From Candidatus Poribacteria bacterium (GTDB lineage Bacteria > Poribacteria > WGA-4E > UBA9662), in the NCBI GenBank assembly GCA_046582655.1, contig JAYGDX010000264.1, positions 1 through 28,356 of the forward strand: 28,356 bases of DNA, written 5' to 3'. The notes under the pieces were generated by a model. That model was not told the origin of the DNA and did not search any database. It saw only the letters and a program-made list of their open reading frames with translations. Positions 10,445 to 17,881 of the stretch are shown here, piece after piece. Position 1 is the stretch's first letter. Every line of letters starts with the position of its first letter. The position numbers and the translations under genes are program-made.

Positions 10445-10533
10445 GAAATATGTTATTCTTGAATTTCTGCCTGAAAATGAACCACCACAGGTTCTGGTAG
10501 GATGTCTGATCATAGAACTATTAAGGAGCAAGC

Positions 10534-10914
10534 ATGAAGATCCAAAATGGATACATGGTTCCGTTTGGCTATGGGAAATACTTCAGATCCGATGCTATCG
10601 TTGGCATTGAACCGATTGAACAGGATCGAGGTATCGGTCGGCGGACCAAAGTTTACGTTGAAGGGCTGATGCAGCCGATTGTAGCCTCTCGGACAGGAGG
10701 TATCATTCTTCGCGATATTCTGGAGACAGATGAAAACACGACATCAGATTTTATTGCATCCGTACAGCAGACAGAGATGCTGAGAGATATCATGGAAAGC
10801 ATAGTAGACATTCCACCCATGCTGAGGTCAATCATCAATGATCAAGAAGGTTGGGATCTTGATCGGTTGGAAGAACAGATGAAGGAAATGTTGGATGAAA
10901 CCCCAGCAAATTGA
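10534..10914 (+). CDS. Hypothetical protein, weak RemA/DUF370-like beta-rich N-terminus
   Basis: RBS AAGGAG. VPFGYGKYFRSDAIVGI...GRRTKVYV...IVAS resembles the RemA pattern (IGFGN.V...I.AI...GRRTR). Function uncertain. Confidence 0.6.
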   Translation: MKIQNGYMVPFGYGKYFRSDAIVGIEPIEQDRGIGRRTKVYVEGLMQPIVASRTGGIILRDILETDENTTSDFIASVQQTEMLRDIMESIVDIPPMLRSIINDQEGWDLDRLEEQMKEMLDETPAN

Positions 10915-10934
10915 TATAATCGTGATTATATCAA
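10911..10934. repeat. Perfect 11-2-11 AT-rich inverted repeat
   Basis: TTGATATAATC-GT-GATTATATCAA. Confidence 0.85.
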
Positions 10935-10973
10935 CTTCTACTTGGTTCCAAGGTGGAACATTAACAGGTATTA

Positions 10974-11585
10974 ATGCAAGTCGCCGTTATTGATACAGAA
11001 ACTGCCCGTTGGTCGGATGAAGTTGATCAAGGTTGGCATAATCTGGGGGATTTTGGACTGGCGCTTTTGGTCATAGGTTTGCCAAATGAAGCTTCAGAAC
11101 TGGATTTCTACATGTTTTCGCCCTATACAGAGATTCCATATTTTCCGTGTGCCGGCGATTTTCTGGACCAGGCCGAAGTGCAGAATCGGCTTGATAGTGT
11201 CGACAGAATCGTTTCTTTTAACGGTGATCATTTCGATCTTAGAATTTTAGAATCAGCGAAGTTTGATGTCACTAACTGGCAGACAAAGTCCTGCGATTTA
11301 CTTCAGCTTTTTATTCGGGCAGCTGGGCACCGGATCGGTTTGAACAATCTGACCAAATGCCAGCTCAACCAGTCAAAACTGTTTGAGTCGGGTCAACAGG
11401 CAGTGGAATTCTGGCGTGCGGGCCTCGAGTTGCTAAGAGGCTGGTCAGGTAACTACACCAATTTCGATCAGAAACACAGTGACCTGTATTGCCGGTACTC
11501 GGCTAATTACCTGTTTGAGACGGTTATTTCTTATTGTAAACAGGACGTGCGTTTAACGTATGGTTTATACCAGCATATTCAGTAA
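10974..11585 (+). CDS. RNase H-like DEDDy 3'-5' exonuclease (RNase_H_2/YprB-like), possibly truncated by a premature TAA
   Basis: ExoI IDTET, ExoII SFNGDHFD, ExoIII YCKQDV. The frame continues past the TAA as HESLSFWDRSRNLKTVKVAI* to 11648. Confidence 0.8.
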   Translation: MQVAVIDTETARWSDEVDQGWHNLGDFGLALLVIGLPNEASELDFYMFSPYTEIPYFPCAGDFLDQAEVQNRLDSVDRIVSFNGDHFDLRILESAKFDVTNWQTKSCDLLQLFIRAAGHRIGLNNLTKCQLNQSKLFESGQQAVEFWRAGLELLRGWSGNYTNFDQKHSDLYCRYSANYLFETVISYCKQDVRLTYGLYQHIQ

Positions 11586-11670
11586 CATGAAAGCCTATCC
11601 TTTTGGGATCGCAGCCGAAATTTGAAGACAGTCAAAGTGGCCATTTAGGACGTGCTAGAGGAGCAGAAAC

Positions 11671-12679
11671 ATGGAAGCAGACTACCAAGGATATTATTGA
11701 CAATCCTGATGAAGAGCAGGTTGAACGACAATGGAGGATTCTACAGGCTATCCGTCGATCGATAGGGGTTACAAAGCAAGAACTGGTTTGGGAACGGAAA
11801 GTCAGCGAACGCACCATTGAGAGAGACATTCAAACCTTATCGCGAATGGGGTTTCCGATTGTGGACGAAATTGACAACCGAGAAAAACGATATCATTTTA
11901 TGCAACATTATGAATTTCCCTCAATTTCGCTGGATATTTTTGAGTATTTGTCCTTGACCTTGGCCCAGGATATGTTGTCTTTTCTGTCTGGAACACCATA
12001 TTATAGTGATTTCATTAGGGCCATGCAGAAGATTAGATCCGCTGTCCCACCTGAAAGCCAGCAATACTTAGAAAAGATTCGCAAGTTTATTGTTTTTCAG
12101 TCCAGACCGATAAAGGATTTTAAGCGGGTTTCTCCTATGATCCAGATTGCGCAGAAAGCAACTACTGGTCAACAGCGACTGGAGTTAACCTATAAGTCGA
12201 CACGCAGTGGAGAAGTTACCATCAGGATGGTTGATCCTTACGGCATCTACCAGGCTGAGAATGCCTTGCGTCTTGTCGGTTACTGCCATCTCCGACAGGA
12301 CTACCGCGAATTTAACTTCGACGGTCGAATGATTGATTTGGTGATGCTGGACGAAACTTTTGAAACTCAGCAAGATTTCAATCTGGCGGAATATATCTCT
12401 AGTGGATTTGGTGTGATTAAAGGGGAACCCATTCAAGCCATTATTCGCTTGGATCCTCCCGCTTCTCGCTGGGTGAGGGAACAGGAATGGGATGGTTTGA
12501 CAAAAACCGTTGAACTTGAAGACGATATCATCGAATTGCACTTTGACACGAATGGTCGGCAAGGGTTGTTTCGCCAGATTCTGGAGTGGGGTGGTTGCGC
12601 GGAAGTGATTGCACCACCTGATTTCCGTCAACAAGTTCTGGATGAAATTGCAAAGATGCAATCCAAATATGCAGGATAA
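11671..12679 (+). CDS. HTH-WYL-WCX transcriptional regulator (YafY/PafBC/DriD-like), start possibly frameshifted
   Basis: wHTH VSERTIERDIQTLSRMGFPI; WYL LTYKS..RMVDPYGI..LVGYCHLRQDYREF; WCX ILEWGGCAEVIAPPDFR. The RBS-linked ATG (GAGGAG, 11671) is one base out of frame (MEADYQGYY*). The track start is TTG 11603. Confidence 0.88.
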
Positions 12680-12866
12680 TGACCTAGCTTAAAGTTAATA
12701 ATGCTGCTTGAGTTATAGTCCGAATCTATCGGGTTCCAATCCAGTTACCTGCTGAAAATTAGTTTCTACCTTACCTTTATTATCCCTTTCAGATGCGACA
12801 AATATTTGCCTGAATATTAATCTCCAATTTAATTTTTTCCAAAAAACATGCCTGAAGTCTGACTGC

Positions 12867-12898
12867 TGACACGGTCTGTCAACCTTCTGATACATTTT
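12867..12898 (+). promoter_or_regulatory. Weaker putative WYL box
   Basis: TGACA-cggtc-TGTCAA-N10-CATTTT. Confidence 0.45.
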
Positions 12899-12952
12899 GT
12901 TAATGTATGCTTGGTTATATTGCCAACATGAAAAAAGTAAAAAAGCAGTCAT

Positions 12953-12987
12953 CTCCGACACCAGTTGTCGGAGGTGAACTCCATAAT
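12953..12987 (+). promoter_or_regulatory. Putative WYL-activator box plus -10 element upstream of hyp-ssb2-SSAP operon
   Basis: CTCCGACA-ccagt-TGTCGGAG perfect dyad; TGTCGG-N10-CATAAT. Confidence 0.75.
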
Positions 12988-13040
12988 TTAGTCAAGATAA
13001 AAAAAACGGTTTTACTCAACTAGAATTAGAGGGAAAGATC

Positions 13041-13298
13041 ATGAATTACAACTACAAGGTGCAAAAGGAATTGCACAGCGAATACCAGTTACTCAACAGG
13101 GCTCGCTCACGTCGTCAACATTTTGAAAAGCTGATCGATTCGATCCAGGAGCGGATTGCGGAGTTGGAAACATTATATGAAAAATTGGAAACAGATGATC
13201 CGGACTTTGCCATCCATGCCGAGGTGGAGAGGGTGCTCTATCATCATAATGCCTCTCCCGAGTGTAGTCAAGATTCAGCAGTTAAAAAAGCCGGATAG
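13041..13298 (+). CDS. Small hypothetical coiled-coil protein
   Basis: RBS GAGGG. Heptad-like LIDSIQERIAELETLYEKL. First ORF after the boxed promoter. Confidence 0.7.
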   Translation: MNYNYKVQKELHSEYQLLNRARSRRQHFEKLIDSIQERIAELETLYEKLETDDPDFAIHAEVERVLYHHNASPECSQDSAVKKAG

Positions 13299-13340
13299 TT
13301 ACATAATCCATCTAACATACTTAGATTAAGGAGGTATCCA

Positions 13341-13667
13341 ATGCCAAACTATAATAAAGCCATTCTCATGGGTCGATTGACGCGGGATCCAGATTTTAGA
13401 ATCACTCCCTCAGGTCAGCCAAAAGCGAACACTGCCGTCGCTGTCAATCATGACTGGATTGATCAGCAGGCTGGTGAGAAAAGGAGCACCGTATGCTTTA
13501 TTGATATCGAGGCCACTGGCCGAAACGCCGAAGTCCTCAATGAATGTTTTAAAAAAGGATCACCAATTTATGTGGAGGGACATCTCCGTTACTGGAAATG
13601 GAAGAAGGGGAATGGAAATATTCGATCCAAGCACGACCTAATAATTGAATCCCTGCACTTTTCCTAG
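13341..13667 (+). CDS. ssb: Second single-stranded DNA-binding protein, lacking acidic C-terminal tail
   Basis: NKAILMGRLTRDP..AVN..FIDI..VEGHLRY OB fold. RBS AAGGAGG. Ends at ESLHFS*. Confidence 0.88.
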   Translation: MPNYNKAILMGRLTRDPDFRITPSGQPKANTAVAVNHDWIDQQAGEKRSTVCFIDIEATGRNAEVLNECFKKGSPIYVEGHLRYWKWKKGNGNIRSKHDLIIESLHFS

Positions 13668-13766
13668 AACAATCAGCAACAGCCCAAAACCACCGGAATA
13701 CTATCATAATGATTAAAATCGTAAAACTATCACCATAATAAAACACTGGGGGAAGGGATTAAGATT

Positions 13767-14309
13767 ATGCCTATCAAAATTAAAGGAGCCGAATACAGCA
13801 CTGTGGCCGAAAGGTTAAATTCCGTTCACGACGATCATGATTACATCTCCATCACTACAGAAATAATGGATGAGACTCAGGAATATGTAACAATTAAGGA
13901 GAATGTTAGCATTCATCATGACAACTTTGAACAGGTCTACTCCGGTCACGCGCGAGAGTATTTTGAGTTCCGAAACAGGGATTCGATCAACTTCGCTTTT
14001 GCCCTTGAAAATGCTGAAACATCAGCTATCGGTAGGGCTTTGGCCAGTGCGGGTTACGGCGGAAAAAAGTTCGCCTCAGCCGAAGAGATGTCGCGGATCG
14101 AGGCCAAAACCAAGGCTCGTGAAAGTCAAATTCCTCATGGCAGTGTTCCACTGCTGCAGGTGGTAGAGGATGCCAGGCAGCAAGCAGATATTTCGGTCGA
14201 CCAGTTGAAGGAGAAGTCGCAGAGTCTTTTCGGTACGGATGATATTCGTGGCTTATCCGGCGGTCAATTGAAGAAAATTGCTAACGAGATTTCAAATAGA
14301 AAGAACTAG
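13767..14309 (+). CDS. Putative Rad52/Sak-like single-strand annealing protein (phage-type recombinase)
   Basis: KGAEYSTVAERL...ITTEI...SGHARE...IN...LENAETSAIGRAL..G motif, typical of phage Rad52-superfamily SSAPs. Confidence 0.6.
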   Translation: MPIKIKGAEYSTVAERLNSVHDDHDYISITTEIMDETQEYVTIKENVSIHHDNFEQVYSGHAREYFEFRNRDSINFAFALENAETSAIGRALASAGYGGKKFASAEEMSRIEAKTKARESQIPHGSVPLLQVVEDARQQADISVDQLKEKSQSLFGTDDIRGLSGGQLKKIANEISNRKN

Positions 14310-14571
14310 GGTAGCCATAGGATAGTTAGGTCTGTTTCACGATACTTTTATTTAGTGTCATCTTTTCGAGAATCAAAATTCCATTCGCTATGCTGTTAAC
14401 GAAAACAACAAAATCGTCTTTGGACATCGAAATATTCACATTTTTTTTCTTGATGTGGACGTGATTCTCTTGGTAAGTATAGACTGACTGTTGTTTTACT
14501 GGTTGATGGTGTTTTCAAAACAATTCTGACCTCTTTTCCCAGTTGAATATGGGGTTTGGAGCAAATATGTG

Positions 14572-14594
14572 ATGATACTGAGTCTCAGTATCAT
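14572..14594. promoter_or_regulatory. Fur-like double palindrome
   Basis: ATGATACTGAG-T-CTCAGTATCAT (11-1-11), equivalent to two overlapping 7-1-7 boxes. Same motif as upstream of the feo operon. Confidence 0.6.
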
Positions 14595-14667
14595 TTCAGT
14601 TGGGAATAATTTTAAGGTCCGTCTTGACCTATGACTCTTTCAAGTCTTCAGCAGTAACGGGGAGCGA

Positions 14668-14853
14668 TTACAAATCATTTGAAGGTGGGGTCTTTAAAGT
14701 GAGTAGCTTTTGACTGGTAGGTGCAACCTTTGGAAGTTGATTGTCACATCCGCTGCAACCGCAGTTGGTTGTTGATTTGCCGAACCATCGGTTTCCCAAA
14801 AAAAAGGCCGAACCAGCGACAATCATCAAGGTAATGATTTCTTGGAAACCCAT
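14668..14853 (-). CDS. FeoB-associated Cys-rich membrane peptide
   Basis: N-terminal TM helix followed by CGCSGC, directly downstream of feoB. Confidence 0.8.
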   Translation of the reverse strand: MGFQEIITLMIVAGSAFFLGNRWFGKSTTNCGCSGCDNQLPKVAPTSQKLLTLKTPPSNDL

Positions 14854-14866
14854 TTTTCCCCTTTGA

Positions 14867-17071
14867 CTAAATCAATAAATTACCGATTTGATAGGTAATT
14901 AAGGCAGCGAAGTAGGCCAATATAGTCATGTAACTAAAGGTGAAAATCGGCCATTTCCACGATCCTGTTTCCCGTTTAATTACCGCTAAAGTCGCCGCAC
15001 ATTGGGCACATAAGGCAAAAAACACCATCACTGATAAGGCCACAACTGGTGTGAAGACTTTCTGACTTGGATTATTATCCCAAGTTGCGTTTTTCATCTT
15101 TTGACGAAGATTCTCTGATTCTTCGCTTTCTTCGCTGCCGAGATTATAGATGATGCCTAGAGTGGCAACCACTACTTCTCGGGCAGGAAAGGAGGCGATT
15201 ACCGCTATTCCAACCTTCCAATCCCAACCAAGAGGTTTGACCACTGGCTGAATAAATCTCCCTAAGCGGCCTAAAACTGACTGACGTAGAAATGCGCCGG
15301 CTTCGGCTTTACGGTTAGCGTTTAATTGTTCTTCCCGTTGATCCTGCGAAAGAATTTGAGATTGGATTTCGGCGGCTTTTTGATCGTGCTGATCGGATAT
15401 CGACTGCGGTCTGGGATAATACAGCAACCCCCAGATTAAGACGGTAGTGGCAAAAATTATTGTACCAGCATCGACCAAGAATCGTTTCCCTCGATCAACC
15501 ATCCGCAAGATGATGGTTTTGAGAGCTGGTATTTTATATGGAGGCATCTCCATTACAAACGGAGGAGTTTCACCTTGGAGAATTGTCTTTTTGAAAAGCC
15601 AAGCTACTGGAATTGCAACTACGATGCCGATCATATACATGGCTAGAAGAGTAATTCCTTGAAGGCCAAAGAAACCCAACACCGGTTTGGGCGGGATGAA
15701 GGCGGAAATCATGATAGTATAAACCGGTAATCGTGCCGAACAGCTCATCAGCGGGGCAACCAGAATTGTGGTGAACCGATCACGCCGATTTTCAATTACG
15801 CGTGTTGCCATTACTCCCGGAATCGCGCAGGCAAAAGACGACAGCATCGGCACGAACGATTTGCCTGATAATCCTACCCAACTCATCAACCGATCCATTA
15901 GGAAAGCCGCTCGTGCCATGTAGCCGCAATCCTCCAAGACGGCGATGAATCCAAAAAGGATTACGATCTGAGGTAAAAAGATGGCCACACTACCAACGCC
16001 GGCAATAACACCATCCACAATCAGGCTCTGAAGAGCACCTTCCAGTATCAACGAAGACACCAAATCCCCAAGCCAGCCAAAGGATCCATCAATCAAGTCC
16101 ATCAATGGAGTAGCCCATTTGTAAATGGCTTGGAAAACAACAGCCATCAAGACAAAAAAAGCCACCGTTCCACCAATCGGATGGGTTAGAAACCAATCGA
16201 TACGATCAGAAACAGTGAGGTCAAGCTTTTCCTGTTTACGGTTGATGCAGATTTTAATGATCTCACCGATTTGTTGATAACGCGTCTCGGGTTCGACTAA
16301 AAGGAGGTCGGTACCTTCTTCCGAAATTTTCTGCCGAATCTGATTTAGACGGGAATCAAGAGGATCTCCAATCATTTCAAGCAGACGCTGTTCAACTATA
16401 CCACCTTTATCAATCAGAAGTCGCAATACTTCAACCCGATGAATAGGTGCAATAAGCTGATCAGAACAATCATCAAAGAAAGCAAGAAGTTGGCGAATGC
16501 CATCTTCAACCGGTTCACCAAGTTGCAGGTGAAAGGCAGGGGGGGCTTTTTCAAGACATTGCTTAATAGTTTCCCGCAGTTCATCAATTCCCTCACCTTT
16601 GTTGGCGATAACGGGAACCACTTGGCAATCCAGTTCGCGGCTAAGCAGATCAGTATTAATTTTCAGACCATCGGCAACCGCTAGATCGTACATATTCAGA
16701 ACTAGAATCACTGGCAGACAGCACTCTAAGATCTGGGTCGTTAAGTAAAGATTTCGTTCAAGATTGGAAGCGTCGGCAACTACAATAACCAGATTGGGTG
16801 GGTTTGTGCCTTTTTGTTGACCTAAAAGGACATCGGTAGCCACAATTTCATCAGGTGAATTTGCTGCTAGGCTGTAAGTTCCAGGCAGATCTATAAGATC
16901 CATGTGGAGATGGCCAAGGTCAAGTATGCCAACTTTCTTTTCAACTGTCACGCCAGGAAAGTTACCAGTTCTTTGCGAGAGTCCGGTTAAAGCGTTGAAC
17001 AGCGTAGTTTTTCCGGTGTTTGGGTTACCGATAAGTACAGCCGTTGGTTGGAAGGTCACACTTTTGCTCAA
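14867..17071 (-). CDS. feoB: Ferrous iron transporter FeoB
   Basis: G1 GNPNTGKT, NFPGVTVE, DLPGTY, NMYD. Membrane motifs LEDCGYMARAAF, SCSARLPVY, FVMEMPPY. TTGA overlap with feoA. Confidence 0.97.
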   Translation of the reverse strand: MSKSVTFQPTAVLIGNPNTGKTTLFNALTGLSQRTGNFPGVTVEKKVGILDLGHLHMDLIDLPGTYSLAANSPDEIVATDVLLGQQKGTNPPNLVIVVADASNLERNLYLTTQILECCLPVILVLNMYDLAVADGLKINTDLLSRELDCQVVPVIANKGEGIDELRETIKQCLEKAPPAFHLQLGEPVEDGIRQLLAFFDDCSDQLIAPIHRVEVLRLLIDKGGIVEQRLLEMIGDPLDSRLNQIRQKISEEGTDLLLVEPETRYQQIGEIIKICINRKQEKLDLTVSDRIDWFLTHPIGGTVAFFVLMAVVFQAIYKWATPLMDLIDGSFGWLGDLVSSLILEGALQSLIVDGVIAGVGSVAIFLPQIVILFGFIAVLEDCGYMARAAFLMDRLMSWVGLSGKSFVPMLSSFACAIPGVMATRVIENRRDRFTTILVAPLMSCSARLPVYTIMISAFIPPKPVLGFFGLQGITLLAMYMIGIVVAIPVAWLFKKTILQGETPPFVMEMPPYKIPALKTIILRMVDRGKRFLVDAGTIIFATTVLIWGLLYYPRPQSISDQHDQKAAEIQSQILSQDQREEQLNANRKAEAGAFLRQSVLGRLGRFIQPVVKPLGWDWKVGIAVIASFPAREVVVATLGIIYNLGSEESEESENLRQKMKNATWDNNPSQKVFTPVVALSVMVFFALCAQCAATLAVIKRETGSWKWPIFTFSYMTILAYFAALITYQIGNLLI

Positions 17072-17295
17072 TGTGAATCAATTTCAATTAGCGCGGCTTC
17101 GCTTAAGCGCACGGAAAGGAGATATCCTTTGACTGCTATCTCCATCGGATCGCCCATCGGCGCAAATCGGGCGACTTCAACCTTTGTTCCACGGACCAGA
17201 CCCATTTCAAGAATCCGCCGAAGGATCTGTGGATTTTCTCGGCGGTATCCGGTAACTTCGGCCTTTTCACCAACATTTAATTGATCTAATGTCAT
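17068..17295 (-). CDS. feoA: Ferrous iron transport protein A
   Basis: RRILEMGLVRGTKVEVARFAPMGDPMEI. ATG 17295 overlaps the upstream stop (ATGA). Confidence 0.93.
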   Translation of the reverse strand: MTLDQLNVGEKAEVTGYRRENPQILRRILEMGLVRGTKVEVARFAPMGDPMEIAVKGYLLSVRLSEAALIEIDSH

Positions 17296-17582
17296 AGACT
17301 TTCCTGAACTATAATCGCACGGCCAAGATCCCACCCTAAGGCAATACGACTGTTTTTGACCAAAATTGTAATTGGCCCGTTGCCAGACCTATTAATAATC
17401 TTTATCTCGCTCTGTGGGAAAACCCCGAAATTAGCCAATCGAGACTGAATTTGTTGTCCTCCTTCTATAGAGGCAACTGCCAATTTTTGGCCAACCTGAG
17501 CCAAGATTAACGGGAGATGATTACCTCTGGATGAAGTTTGTGGTGCTTTGCAATCTTTTTTTCGTAACTTCCAGAACATCAC
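17292..17582 (-). CDS. feoA: Ferrous iron transport protein A (second copy)
   Basis: IEGGQQIQSRLANFGV..GPITILVKNSRIALG..LG SH3-like FeoA pattern. Confidence 0.88.
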   Translation of the reverse strand: MMFWKLRKKDCKAPQTSSRGNHLPLILAQVGQKLAVASIEGGQQIQSRLANFGVFPQSEIKIINRSGNGPITILVKNSRIALGWDLGRAIIVQESL

Positions 17583-17626
17583 AATTCCTGTAATAGATAT
17601 AAATCAATTTTGAATTTGCCACTTCC

Positions 17627-17881
17627 TCAATTCACACTCTGAAGATAAGCAATAATTTCTGCTTGAACTTCGGTTACTAGATCCAAGCGACCACCGTAAC
17701 GCTTGACTAAGGTTACCCAATCCGAATCGGTTTGTGACTTAGGATTGGGTAATGTATGACATGACCGGCAGTTTGATCTAAAGAGACGTTCACCGCTGGT
17801 CATGTCAATTCCTGCCATTTGCCAGCCACAACCAATAATAGGAGCCAAAGAAATAATGATAATGGCTACAACTCGATTCAA
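17627..17881 (-). CDS. Small monoheme c-type cytochrome, probable lipoprotein
   Basis: Hydrophobic signal ending IIGC. GERLF..CRSCH heme motif. C-terminal IIAYL helix. Confidence 0.85.
   Translation of the reverse strand: MNRVVAIIIISLAPIIGCGWQMAGIDMTSGERLFRSNCRSCHTLPNPKSQTDSDWVTLVKRYGGRLDLVTEVQAEIIAYLQSVN

Noticed and set aside
10478..10497. GAAC-N8-GTTC as a LexA (Cheo) box
   Set aside because: The spacer is 8 rather than 4 and there is a single occurrence.
12794..12812. GCGACA-aatat-TTGCC as a fifth WYL box
   Set aside because: The right half-site is too degenerate and there is no -10 at the fixed spacing.
5181..14309. Prophage or ICE interpretation
   Set aside because: No integrase, att repeats, structural, terminase or conjugation genes were seen.
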